From positions 20,094 through 84,093 of the forward strand of contig JAPOTT010000019.1 of assembly GCA_026709025.1 (NCBI GenBank): DNA of 64,000 nt, in the 5' to 3' direction. Below the pieces are notes generated by a model. That model was not told the origin of the DNA. It did not search any database and saw only the letters and a list, made by a program, of their open reading frames with translations. Origin of the DNA: a bacterium (lineage in GTDB: Bacteria; Actinomycetota; Acidimicrobiia; Acidimicrobiales; Bin134). Numbering within the stretch: position 1 is the stretch's first letter; each line of letters starts with the position of its first letter. Positions 28,715 to 38,108 of this stretch are shown one piece after another. The position numbers and the translations under genes were made by a program.

Positions 28715-31700
28715 TTATTTGAAGAGGATGTGGCCTGATATGAGCTGATCGTAGAGTTCCTGGGTGTCTTTGTGGGGTTGCCTCAAACCAGTGTTTTCGG
28801 TGTCTTCGTTAGCTAAGGCTGTGCTTAGTTCTCTCATGATGCGCCGAATCTCGGTGGGGTTGTGAGCTGCGGCTTTTAACCGCCAGCGGTAGCACTCTTC
28901 GCACAGACCCACTACTTGCAGGCTGGTAATGATTGCTCTTTTGGCTTCTTCAGGATTGTTTGCTGCAAGGTATCTTTTGGCCAGTTCGTGAGCTGTGTTA
29001 TCGATTGCGAATTCGATTTCGCTTCGCAGCCCAAAGTCGGCCCAGCGGTACTGCTTAGCGTTGCCTCCAGTGAAAGGTATTCCTCTTACTAAGGCCAAAG
29101 CCTGAGCTAGAAACTCTGTGCCACAAGGGCCAGAGTCTGCGCGACCCGCTGCTAGGAGTTCGCGGAACGCATGAAGGTCGGTGCGTACCTCTGGTAGTAA
29201 GCGATACACACCGTTGTTATCCATACGAGGTAAGTAGGGCATACCGTGAGGATTGTTGCCTAGCATGCTTCGGGCTTTGCTCAATGAGTTGGAGAAAGTA
29301 GAACTAGATGGTGGGTTGTTGGCGGGCCAAATGTTGGCCATCAGTTGATCTCGATCAACTCCCTCGGGATGGGCAGCCAAAAAAGCAACGATGTCTAGCA
29401 CACGATTTGAACTGATTGGTTGAGATATGCCGCTCACTTCCACCGGCCCGAGCATTTTTATCCAAATCTCACCTGATGCTTCGCTGGGGTTCAGATGTTG
29501 AGCGTAGGTGTTATTTTGGTGCACTAAAGCATGTGATGATGCTGGAGGTTTGGGATTTTGAGCTTGGGCTGGTGCTTGGATCGCTAGTTGTTTAGTAATT
29601 TTTGCGGCAGTTGTGAGGGTTCCAATCGTTTCGGCAGAGTCTTTTGAAATCCTGTGAGGGTTTAGCCACAGCCCGAGAGGTTGTAAAGCAACGGCTTCGC
29701 CTGCAAACTGTGCCACATAGTTAGCTTCTGGCAGGTTTTGTGCTACTAAGCACGCCCAGTTGCCACATCTCTCAAGCAAGGCTGTGGCATCTTGGTGGTT
29801 GATGGAGCCGAGGGCAATCACTACTGTGGTGGGTATAGGTTCAACATGTGTATTTGGATTGGTTTGAGTGCTTGAGGAGGTAGCGCTATTTCCAAGCAAT
29901 GCTGTGGTTTCGCGTTGTTGACGTGCAATCAGATCTAGCCCCAAAGCCATGTTGGGTGCGTATTTAACTCGTTCAAAACCAATTAGGTGTTGTCCGCAAC
30001 CTATGCAGATAACGGTTAGATTATCTGCTAAGTGGCTGCTAGCAAGCTGAGTGGCTATTGCTGTGGCGAATTCAGCTATTGCTTGTTGGTTGCCGTTGAG
30101 GCTCAAGGGGTTTGTTTGGGCAAGGTTGAGCAGCACTTCGTCGTTACCCACATTGCCAAGAGCAATCAGGTTGGGCAGAAGCGAAGGCCCTTGTGGGGTT
30201 TGGTTCAGGCTTTCGTAGATATGAGGCTGTTTGGGAACCTCCCAAGTTAACTGATCATCGCTAGTTGAGATGCCGGGTGGTGGGGTAGCGGGAGCATTTA
30301 GTAGCAAAGACATTCCGGTTGGGCGTAGGTTGATGGTTACGATGCGTGGGGCGAGTGTGGTGGTGACATCTAGGTGTGAGGCCAAATAACTCAAGAAGGC
30401 ATCCAGAAAATCGGTTGAATCGTTATCTAGACAAGCCCAAAGGCGCTCTTCGGGGGTGTTTATAGGAATATCTTTAGCTATAGGACGACGGTTATCAGGT
30501 AAGCCACCGGATTTTCCTTGACGCAGCTTTGCTAAAGCCCAGATAAAGCTGCCAGCAAACATTCCTAAACCTCCAATGGCTAGGAGTGCTTGGCGGTCTA
30601 AGGGGTTTTTGGTTTCATCTTGGGTAGGAACGTTGATCACTACGGTGGGTGTGGCGGTGGCGTACGCCATCACTGGTGTACGGGCTTTTGATTGTGTTGG
30701 CTGGGCTTGTAGGGGAGGTGTTTCTAGCAACGAATCATTGTTAGCTGGTAAATAATGGTTGTTAGTTGGTAAATATGGCTTTGAATCCTGTGAGTCTTCG
30801 CATGAATAAGGGGTTGGAGGCGTTTCTGGGGTGGGTAAAAACAACTCCCAGCCTGGTTGAATGATGTTGGGATCGTTGATGAGATGTTGGTTTGCCTCGT
30901 AGATCTCTTGCCACTTTTCAGGGTTGTCGAGGTGATTGTCTGCCAACTTCCAAAGAGAGTCACCTTTAGATACTGTTACTTGTGGAATTACAACCTCTGT
31001 GGTGTCGGCTAGCTCCATACCGTTTGTTGGGGGTTGAACATTTGTGGGGGCATGGGCATCTGTGGGCATCACCAACTCCCATCCAGCGTTGAGATGGGCT
31101 GGGTCGTAGAGGGTGTTGCCGTCGGTTTGGGCTCGGCCTTGATTTAGCAAGAACACTTCTGTCCAACGATTTGGGTTGCCTAAGTACCTTTGAGCTACCT
31201 CACGTAGGTTGTCGTTTGGAGAAACCGTGTGGGTTAGAGGGCTAGCTACAACGTCGGAGTTAGCTGTAATACCGGCTTGTTGAACTGTCTGTTCATCGCC
31301 ATCGGTTGTGCTAGCAGCATTAGATGGTGTTTCTAGCTGGGGGTTTTGCTGGTTTGGCGGTAGCAGTGGGCTAGCTGAAGCAGGGTTTAGGACTATCGGA
31401 TTTAGTAGCTCACGATTTTCGGGCACCGCTGTTGCAGTAGCTGGATTTTGCAGGGTAAACGAGGCCAGCAGTGCTCCAGCAATTACATGGCCAGATATTT
31501 GTCTCATTATGCGGGGAATTAGAAACGACCGTGGTGTTACCCGGCCACGGATATGGGCCCAGAGGTCGATACCGGTGCTGGTAGCCATCTGTAGCCACAC
31601 GATCCATAGCAGCAGCGCTATGGATTTGATTACGAAGGCAGACGGTAGTACTCCAGTTTCCAAAGACAATTTGAGGCCCGAAGGACTAGGCAGACTCTGT

Positions 31701-31822
31701 AGGCCGGGCCACCCCACGCCAAGTACCAAAAGTACAGGTAGCCCGGTCAAAAACAAGCACAACGCTGCTGCACAAGCCAGGCCACGAGATACCTGCTCTG
31801 AGTGCATGTTACAGAACCTCAT
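28715..31822 (-). CDS. Membrane protein with two LysM domains, a Pro-rich linker, an internal TM, an unknown central region and a C-terminal SARP-type wHTH + BTAD module
   Basis: 1035-aa ORF. LysM-like: VSPNDNLREVAQRYLGNPNRWTEVFLLN...GWELVMP (about aa 198-253) and VSKGDSLWKLADNHLDNPEKWQEIYEAN...GWELFLP (about aa 283-330). TM at about aa 412-432. The C-terminus has MLGPVEVSG...VLDIVAFLAAHPEGVDRDQLMANIW (OmpR/SARP-like) then DLHAFRELLAAG...ALALVRGIPF...CEECYRWRLKAAAHNPTEIRRIMRELS (BTAD-like). Its start overlaps the tadG-like stop by 4 nt. Confidence 0.7.
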   Translation of the reverse strand: MRFCNMHSEQVSRGLACAAALCLFLTGLPVLLVLGVGWPGLQSLPSPSGLKLSLETGVLPSAFVIKSIALLLWIVWLQMATSTGIDLWAHIRGRVTPRSFLIPRIMRQISGHVIAGALLASFTLQNPATATAVPENRELLNPIVLNPASASPLLPPNQQNPQLETPSNAASTTDGDEQTVQQAGITANSDVVASPLTHTVSPNDNLREVAQRYLGNPNRWTEVFLLNQGRAQTDGNTLYDPAHLNAGWELVMPTDAHAPTNVQPPTNGMELADTTEVVIPQVTVSKGDSLWKLADNHLDNPEKWQEIYEANQHLINDPNIIQPGWELFLPTPETPPTPYSCEDSQDSKPYLPTNNHYLPANNDSLLETPPLQAQPTQSKARTPVMAYATATPTVVINVPTQDETKNPLDRQALLAIGGLGMFAGSFIWALAKLRQGKSGGLPDNRRPIAKDIPINTPEERLWACLDNDSTDFLDAFLSYLASHLDVTTTLAPRIVTINLRPTGMSLLLNAPATPPPGISTSDDQLTWEVPKQPHIYESLNQTPQGPSLLPNLIALGNVGNDEVLLNLAQTNPLSLNGNQQAIAEFATAIATQLASSHLADNLTVICIGCGQHLIGFERVKYAPNMALGLDLIARQQRETTALLGNSATSSSTQTNPNTHVEPIPTTVVIALGSINHQDATALLERCGNWACLVAQNLPEANYVAQFAGEAVALQPLGLWLNPHRISKDSAETIGTLTTAAKITKQLAIQAPAQAQNPKPPASSHALVHQNNTYAQHLNPSEASGEIWIKMLGPVEVSGISQPISSNRVLDIVAFLAAHPEGVDRDQLMANIWPANNPPSSSTFSNSLSKARSMLGNNPHGMPYLPRMDNNGVYRLLPEVRTDLHAFRELLAAGRADSGPCGTEFLAQALALVRGIPFTGGNAKQYRWADFGLRSEIEFAIDNTAHELAKRYLAANNPEEAKRAIITSLQVVGLCEECYRWRLKAAAHNPTEIRRIMRELSTALANEDTENTGLRQPHKDTQELYDQLISGHILFK

Positions 31823-32292
31823 CGTTTACCTTCTGTGCGAATACCTAGTACTGCGCGGGCAGTACCAGTACCCACGACCTGTTTGGAATCCAACCCCAGC
31901 ATTGACAAGATTTGAACAGGCTGGGTTAACCACACCTTTGTGACAACCTTGTCTTCCCACACTGAAACCGACCAGTCTTCGTGTGGGTGCAAGAAGTTCG
32001 CTACAGCATAGTGGGCATGCACTTGATTGATAGCCAAAAATTCGCCTTCGTAAACGGAATCTGTAGAGATTGCTTGGGCTCCTGCTCTGGCGGCTTCTCT
32101 GGCGAGCAAGGAGGCTTGTCTTTTGGCATTCAAGATTTGAGCGCCGTCGTATACAAGCCCCCCTAGCATCACCAGCGCACTAGCAAGCATTATGAAGATC
32201 ACCGAAGACTGGCCTCGCTGTGTAGTAGCAGCAGTGCTGCTACTAGGGATTAGCTCACAATGGGTTTGCCAAGCTGTGTTGAACCTCACCAT
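31819..32292 (-). CDS. TadG/TadE-G-like pilus assembly protein
   Basis: 157-aa ORF. QRGQSSVIFIMLASALVMLGGLVYDGAQILNAKRQASLLAREAARAGAQA matches the Tad_N (TadE/G-like) pattern. Confidence 0.55.
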   Translation of the reverse strand: MVRFNTAWQTHCELIPSSSTAATTQRGQSSVIFIMLASALVMLGGLVYDGAQILNAKRQASLLAREAARAGAQAISTDSVYEGEFLAINQVHAHYAVANFLHPHEDWSVSVWEDKVVTKVWLTQPVQILSMLGLDSKQVVGTGTARAVLGIRTEGKR

Positions 32293-32756
32293 CTGATACC
32301 ACTTCGGTAGTCGTCAACTACTGCTGAGGCTTGGGCTGAAACGGTGATCCCAGAAGGTAGGCCCGGTACGATCAGGTCGGCGAAGCTCACCTTGCACGAC
32401 ACTTCTAGACGCACTTTGCCTGCTGGGGAGAGATCCATTTCGTGTAGATGCACTTTGGGGCCTTGTTGGCAGTGCAGGTTGTTTTCAACAAGAGAAGCTA
32501 AAGCGGTGGTTTGGGCTGCAAGGATTGCATCGTCTTCGTAGCGGTGTTGGGTAGCAGCTCGAGCAGCAACATGTGAGGCGGTGGTAACCCTGCTTTGGGT
32601 TACCCCAGCGCGGCCAGCGGCAATGACAAAGAACAACAACATGGCCATGATGGGAGCGAATATGCATAGTCCCACAACGCTGCTGCCTCGTTCTGAAAAA
32701 CACTGCCGTGTGAGGCGCATTGGACAGCGAACGAATCTTATGCTGATCATTTTCAT
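32286..32756 (-). CDS. TadE-like pseudopilin
   Basis: ERGSSVVGLCIFAPIMAMLLFFVIAAGRAG is a TadE-like N-terminus. The start is ambiguous (32792, 32756, 32750 or 32720). I chose 32756, the first start downstream of the upstream gene's stop. Confidence 0.55.
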   Translation of the reverse strand: MKMISIRFVRCPMRLTRQCFSERGSSVVGLCIFAPIMAMLLFFVIAAGRAGVTQSRVTTASHVAARAATQHRYEDDAILAAQTTALASLVENNLHCQQGPKVHLHEMDLSPAGKVRLEVSCKVSFADLIVPGLPSGITVSAQASAVVDDYRSGIRW

Positions 32757-32763
32757 GAGTGTG

Positions 32764-33204
32764 TTATGGAGTTTCAGAGATAAACACTTCACGTGGGCTG
32801 GAAGCCACCGATGAGATTGCTGGGGAGTAGCCTGGAATTAGAGACCGTACTGTTGCTTGAGCTCTTACCGTCATTTGCAGGGGGTTCGACTCTGTAGTTA
32901 CATCTAAATCTGTTAGCAGGGCGTCAGAGTGGGATGCAATCATCGAAAGGGCTGTTTGTTGTGCGAGTTCTGCAGAGCCTTCTTCGGTGGTGCCAGCCAA
33001 CACGCCTTCTTGAACTGCTGCATCTACGATGGCTTGAGCATGAAGCACAAAGGCTGCTTGCAGCACTGCTAGCACTAAGCCCATTGCCACGGGCACAACC
33101 AAAACAGCAGTGGTTACTTCACCTTGTTCGCTAACAAACCTGTTGTGTGATGGCCTGTTGTGCCAGCGTAAACACAAGCCCCAGAAGCCTTGTGGTGGTT
33201 GCAA
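32764..33204 (-). CDS. TadE-like pseudopilin
   Basis: 146-aa ORF. EQGEVTTAVLVVPVAMGLVLAVLQAAFVLHAQAIVDAAVQEG matches the TadE-like pattern. Confidence 0.55.
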   Translation of the reverse strand: MQPPQGFWGLCLRWHNRPSHNRFVSEQGEVTTAVLVVPVAMGLVLAVLQAAFVLHAQAIVDAAVQEGVLAGTTEEGSAELAQQTALSMIASHSDALLTDLDVTTESNPLQMTVRAQATVRSLIPGYSPAISSVASSPREVFISETP

Positions 33205-33208
33205 CAGA

Positions 33209-33445
33209 TTAACCGATCTTGTCAGTTTGTTCTGAGATGAACGATGTGATCACCACTCCTGCAGCCACAGCGGCTGCAACAAGAACTGCGATGATGATTA
33301 CGGTGGTGGTTACATCACCGCGTTGGTTGGTTCGGGCTTGATGCAGGAGTTGATTTCCTGCGACACGCACAGCGATGATGGCACGAAACAACCGCTCTGC
33401 AATGTTGTTTCGGAATGCAGGTGGAGTTGCTGGGATATCAGACAT
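33209..33445 (-). CDS. Flp/DUF4244-like type IVb pilin candidate
   Basis: 78-aa ORF directly after tadC. A long leader is followed by QRGDVTTTVIIIAVLVAAAVAAGVVITSFI (hydrophobic pilin-like helix). The cleavage motif is atypical. Confidence 0.4.
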   Translation of the reverse strand: MSDIPATPPAFRNNIAERLFRAIIAVRVAGNQLLHQARTNQRGDVTTTVIIIAVLVAAAVAAGVVITSFISEQTDKIG

Positions 33446-33545
33446 CTTTATTTTCTTTCAGAGTTGAGGTGTATTAAGGGCATTGCAAGGTGCCGATATG
33501 GGCTTTCCAATGAGTACAAGCAGATGCCATAGCAGCTCTGAGAGA

Positions 33546-34424
33546 TCATGAGCCTGCAATGGCTGCTAGTGCTGGATAGCCGATGAGACCTAAAAATCCT
33601 GCAAACAAAAGCACAACAGGCAACGACATTCGCTCTGTGGCTAGCTGCGCTTCTTCTTCTGCTTCGTAAAGGGCCCGTTCCCGCAAACCTTTAGCTTTGA
33701 TGTGCAGGGAGGAACGCACACGCGAGCCTGAGTTGCCTGCTAAAAAAAGCCAGGCCGCGATTTCTGCTAGCTCTGAGGATTCTAAATCCTCTGCTAGTTT
33801 TTCTAGAGCACCCCACAGAGGTTTATTAGCTAGTTGTGCTTGTTGCAAGCTTCGTTGCAGTTCTACGAAACCCCAGGCAGTTCCCTGCTTGGCAGATTCC
33901 ACCATAGCTCTTTCGATGCCTGAGCCACTTGACAGATGCAAGCCAACAAGATCTAGGTAGACGCTCATTTGGTGCCGGAAATCTTTGCGCTGTTCTTTAG
34001 TTTTTTGGCGAAGGAGCAGATCTGGCAGCAAGAACATCAGTGTGCCCATTACCAATGAAGCTATAGCCACCAAAAACGGTGATACCCAAACCTTAACTAG
34101 CAGTGCTACAAACCATATTCCCAAGGGGAAGGCTCCACCGATGACTAGACTCGCAACCTTAGCTAGAGCTAGTTGTTCTAAGCTATAGCCCGATACTCGC
34201 AAGCTGCTTGCTAGTTGTTTTTGTGGCAGCTTGCAACGGCTGAGAAGCCGTGCTGAGTGTTGTCCAAGCTTTTCAGTTTGAGTTATGGTCTTGTTGGTGG
34301 TGCAGTTGGGGTCGTCCAAATCGTCTAGACGCTTATGAAGAGGTTGACGGGGTGGGTAAAGCCCCCAAACAGTTAGCACGATGCCCAAACCCAGCGCGCA
34401 GCCTACAATTATCCCCAAGATCAT
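33546..34424 (-). CDS. tadC: TadC-like type II secretion F-family membrane protein
   Basis: 292-aa polytopic ORF after tadB, overlapping its stop by 4 nt. Layout is T2SSF-like. Confidence 0.65.
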   Translation of the reverse strand: MILGIIVGCALGLGIVLTVWGLYPPRQPLHKRLDDLDDPNCTTNKTITQTEKLGQHSARLLSRCKLPQKQLASSLRVSGYSLEQLALAKVASLVIGGAFPLGIWFVALLVKVWVSPFLVAIASLVMGTLMFLLPDLLLRQKTKEQRKDFRHQMSVYLDLVGLHLSSGSGIERAMVESAKQGTAWGFVELQRSLQQAQLANKPLWGALEKLAEDLESSELAEIAAWLFLAGNSGSRVRSSLHIKAKGLRERALYEAEEEAQLATERMSLPVVLLFAGFLGLIGYPALAAIAGS

Positions 34425-35281
34425 CGTAGAGCCAATACTCGAGGTAGTGCCTTGAAGCGGCTCATCTTTTCTAGCGCCAAACCAGAACCAATAAAGAGCA
34501 CACCTATAACCCCAAGCGCTATTTGACCCGATAAGTTATCAAAGGGTTCCAAGTAAGAGCGACTGAAGGTAACTAGACCTACGCAAAATGCAGCTACAAC
34601 CCCCATCACAAAGCGAGCTGAAGCATGTTGTCGTGCTCGAGAAGCTTCAATCTTGAGACGCATTGAAACCTCTTGGCGAGTGTTTTGGGCAAGGTCGCTA
34701 AGAGCTTCTTGCAAAGATCCAACTTGGTTGCCTGTTGCTTTGCCCAAAGTCAAAGCGATGGTATCGGTTATGGCATGGTTCATTTCTTCGGCAAACTTGA
34801 TAAAGGCATCGTTGAGTGATTCCCGCTCAGCTCTGGCAGCTAGGTTCTGCACCTCACGCCGTATTGCAACAGGTGCAGATCCGGCGGTGGCTACAAGTGC
34901 CTCAGTTAGTCCTGATGCGGCACCGATGGTGTCTCGCACCATTTCTACCCATGTAGCTAAGGCACTGATACGTTCTACTTCGGCGGTTCGTTGTGCTTTG
35001 GCTGCACGCAATTTGGGTATACCAACTCCTAACAAAGCCACAATAAGGCCAGCTACTGGCCAACCGGTGATGGTGAGGGTGCTAACAAAACCCAAAAGGC
35101 CAATAGCTATGTGTGGTAGTAGAACTCTTCTAGTGTTAGTACACGAGGTAGCTCTGGTTTTTGTTGGTCGCCGCAAAAACAGTGGATTTGGCCTACCTGT
35201 CAGACCTACCCAGCCTGCGGTACCACAGAACACGCCTAGTCCTACTGCTGCGCCCAATATCGCGCCGATTAATGCAGACAT
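34421..35281 (-). CDS. tadB: TadB-like type II secretion F-family membrane protein
   Basis: 286-aa polytopic ORF immediately after tadA, with a 1-nt overlap. Confidence 0.65.
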   Translation of the reverse strand: MSALIGAILGAAVGLGVFCGTAGWVGLTGRPNPLFLRRPTKTRATSCTNTRRVLLPHIAIGLLGFVSTLTITGWPVAGLIVALLGVGIPKLRAAKAQRTAEVERISALATWVEMVRDTIGAASGLTEALVATAGSAPVAIRREVQNLAARAERESLNDAFIKFAEEMNHAITDTIALTLGKATGNQVGSLQEALSDLAQNTRQEVSMRLKIEASRARQHASARFVMGVVAAFCVGLVTFSRSYLEPFDNLSGQIALGVIGVLFIGSGLALEKMSRFKALPRVLALR

Positions 35282-36594
35282 TATGCAGCCTCTTGGCTAT
35301 TGCTGTAGGTACTTGATGTTGACCATCCACAAAGGGCGGGGTTGAATCCTTGCTCATAGAGTCGTTGCACGGTATCTGCTTGAAGCTCACCACAAGGATG
35401 CGCCAAGCTAGAGCCAGATGCTGTAGCTATCTCCACGCTCTCAACTGCTCCATGGGTGGTACCGATTACCTCGCGCACAGACAGCACCCTTCTGCCTGCT
35501 CCACCAACTTGGCCGATGTGTACAACAAAGTTGATGCTCTCGGCGATCATTCTGTTCGTGGCCTCAACCGGTAGCCGCTCTGCAGAGCGAAGGGCATAGG
35601 TTGCGATTTTGCTAAAAGCAGCTTGAGAAGAGTTTGCATGGATGGTACACATTGAGCCGTCGTTGCCTGTAGATAGCGCGGCGAGCATGTCAACCACTTC
35701 AGCGCCTCGTACCTCGCCGATAATCAGCCTGTCGGGTGACATGGCAAGAGCATTACGCACTAGCTGTTGCATGTTAATTTCGCCTGATCCTTCGATGTTG
35801 GCTGTGCGTGTTTCTAGTTCAATCACATCGCCGTGGCGTTGTGGGTCGGAGCTTAAGGCCAATTCCAAGCGGTCTTCTATGGTGATGAGACGTTCGTTGG
35901 GTTCACAAGCGTTGAGCAGCGCTCGCAGCAGAGTTGTTTTTCCTGCATTGGTGCCACCAGCAATGATGATGCTCATTCGGGCCCGCACTACCGCATCAAA
36001 GAAATCTCGCAGACTTGCGCTAAAGGCCCCTAGCGTGCAGAGTTCTTTCAGGCTGGTTCTTTGATGACGGTGTCTGCGAATGGAGATTGCAGGTCGTTCG
36101 GAAACTGCCATAACTGCGTTTAGTCGGGAACGGTCGGGGAGTTGAAGGTCTAGAAATGGGTTAGCCACATCAAAGCGTCTTTCATTGCGCCCTAATCGCG
36201 CAGCCGCTCGACAGATCAGCGCAACTAACTCTTCATCGCTTGTGGCAATAGCATCTGCTTTTTGCTTGCTACCGTCTGCACGATGTACCCACACCGTGTC
36301 GCAGCCGTTGACGCTGATGTTTTCTACAGTGTTGTCGGCTAGCAACTTCTCTAGCGGACCTAGTCCGAAAAGTGTGGCAAGCACCTCATCGGCGATACGT
36401 ACTTCTTCATCGCTATCGATAGGAGGCAAAAAGGCTCGCGCTCGCTCGGCAGCGATGGTATCTAAGGCTTCGGAAACAAACTCATTGGCAATGGCTCGTT
36501 GTTCGTTGCGGTTGGATAGCGTAGCAGTGTCGGCTAGTTCAAACTTTTTACCGACAATGTTGAGCACCCGCTCTAAGTGAGGGCTTACTAACAT
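35281..36594 (-). CDS. tadA: Tad secretion ATPase TadA/CpaF
   Basis: 437-aa ORF with Walker A GGTNAGKTTLLRAL, IGEVRGAEVVDML, and the His box TGNDGSMCTIHANS. Confidence 0.9.
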   Translation of the reverse strand: MLVSPHLERVLNIVGKKFELADTATLSNRNEQRAIANEFVSEALDTIAAERARAFLPPIDSDEEVRIADEVLATLFGLGPLEKLLADNTVENISVNGCDTVWVHRADGSKQKADAIATSDEELVALICRAAARLGRNERRFDVANPFLDLQLPDRSRLNAVMAVSERPAISIRRHRHQRTSLKELCTLGAFSASLRDFFDAVVRARMSIIIAGGTNAGKTTLLRALLNACEPNERLITIEDRLELALSSDPQRHGDVIELETRTANIEGSGEINMQQLVRNALAMSPDRLIIGEVRGAEVVDMLAALSTGNDGSMCTIHANSSQAAFSKIATYALRSAERLPVEATNRMIAESINFVVHIGQVGGAGRRVLSVREVIGTTHGAVESVEIATASGSSLAHPCGELQADTVQRLYEQGFNPALCGWSTSSTYSNSQEAA

Positions 36595-36603
36595 AGAAGA
36601 TTC

Positions 36604-37350
36604 CTAGGTTGTAACATGGGGTTCTGGGCTTGGTTGAACACGTTGGTGGATGCGTTTGGATAGTTCTTCCAGAGTGCGCCATAGCAGCAAGCGGCGTTGC
36701 CGGTGGGTGGAGGGCCATCCCCCTAAAAGAGCTTGGCCTACTCGCTCGTCGTAAGCCATTACTCCTAGCAGGTCTAAGCCAGAGGTTTTTGCCATTTCCG
36801 TGGGCGGGTACGGTCGATCGCCAATGCAAACCAGCGCGGCAGGTATGTTTTGGTCTTCCAGCGTGCGGGCTAGGTGGGCAAGAGGCACTAGTTGGTCAAA
36901 CTCTGGTCGGGTAACCACCACCAGCAAGCTGCATTGCTTGGTTAGTGCTTCGGCCGCAGAGTTTGGTCGGATACGACCTACATCTACTATTGCGTCTAAT
37001 TCGTTGAATTGGCTAAGACCTTCAGCAAGACGTGGGCCTAAAGATGCCAGCACAGTGGAGGCGGTTACGCTGCATCCGGGGGCCACTAAGCAAAGCACTT
37101 GGTCTATTAGCGGCTGACAGTTGGCTTGAAGCCCTTTTAGCGACAGCTCATGGCGGGCAGTTCCAGAAAGCTCAAGCAAAGATGGGCTAGAGGCCAAACC
37201 AAATCGTGCTGCTAGGATGCCACCGTCGCCGTCAGCTTCAACCAAAACTGCTTGGCGATTGAGAGTTTTTTGCCAGGCCATGCTCAGGCCAGCAGCAAGG
37301 CTTGTGCTGCCCGGGCTAGCTTTGGCGCTTCCTACTGCTATGAGGCTCAT
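36604..37350 (-). CDS. TadZ/CpaE-like ParA/MinD-fold protein with a degenerate P-loop
   Basis: 248-aa ORF between cpaB and tadA. The N-terminus IAVGSAKASPGSTSLAAGLSMAW replaces the canonical KGGxGK(T/S). Confidence 0.55.
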   Translation of the reverse strand: MSLIAVGSAKASPGSTSLAAGLSMAWQKTLNRQAVLVEADGDGGILAARFGLASSPSLLELSGTARHELSLKGLQANCQPLIDQVLCLVAPGCSVTASTVLASLGPRLAEGLSQFNELDAIVDVGRIRPNSAAEALTKQCSLLVVVTRPEFDQLVPLAHLARTLEDQNIPAALVCIGDRPYPPTEMAKTSGLDLLGVMAYDERVGQALLGGWPSTHRQRRLLLWRTLEELSKRIHQRVQPSPEPHVTT

Positions 37351-38006
37351 TTGTTGGTGCTTTCTGGAATATCTTGTGCCAACAAGATCAGGCGTAGGTC
37401 TCCGTTAGCAGCAGCTCTGCTTATTGGTTCAGCATCTGCAATCGCAGCCAAGAGCGACACAAACAGCGCTTTGTCTCTTGTGCTGTCTGTTTGAGTTACC
37501 TCCACTACTTTGGCTTGCATCGGTTTTGCGGTAAGCCGGTTAGTGCGCTGGTTTAACTGTGGAGGATCAACATCGTGGGTTTTGGAGGTGATGATCAACC
37601 CAACCATCTGCCCGCTGCTTAAGTGGGCAACCGGGTACTCCCCGGGTTCTAATACCACCCCGACTATCGCATGGTTACTGTCTATCTCCGACCTAGCCGC
37701 TAGCAGATCAGGATGAAACACGGTGCCTGCAGCAACATGAGAGCGAACGACGTGGCCAACTAGGGTGTCTACCTCAGCTATGGGCACATAAACAGCACCT
37801 TGACCTATTGCCATCTCCACGGCGCGCAGGTGTTTTAGCGTTATCTGAGAACCTGCAGGGATATCTTGGCTAGCTACTGCTACCGCTGTACGGTTGCTTA
37901 AAGACGCAGCCCATAGCGCGAAGATGATGGCGGAGCTGAGGGTTATGGCTAGGCCGAAAGCAATCCAAGGAATCTGCTGAGGACGGTCCTCGGTGGGTGT
38001 CCGCAT
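37347..38006 (-). CDS. cpaB: CpaB/RcpC-like Flp pilus assembly protein (SAF domain)
   Basis: 219-aa ORF with an N-terminal TM, then VAVASQDIPAGSQITLKHLRAVEM (SAF-like). It is the first gene of the tad operon. Confidence 0.65.
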   Translation of the reverse strand: MRTPTEDRPQQIPWIAFGLAITLSSAIIFALWAASLSNRTAVAVASQDIPAGSQITLKHLRAVEMAIGQGAVYVPIAEVDTLVGHVVRSHVAAGTVFHPDLLAARSEIDSNHAIVGVVLEPGEYPVAHLSSGQMVGLIITSKTHDVDPPQLNQRTNRLTAKPMQAKVVEVTQTDSTRDKALFVSLLAAIADAEPISRAAANGDLRLILLAQDIPESTNK

Positions 38007-38108
38007 GTGCTTTGGTCCACAAAGTAGGAGCGGGAGTTTCTAAGAACTCCGATGCCCCACTCTGCCACAGTTAAAGCAGAAAAGCAAGAGTTATTTTAAA
38101 ATTGTTTG

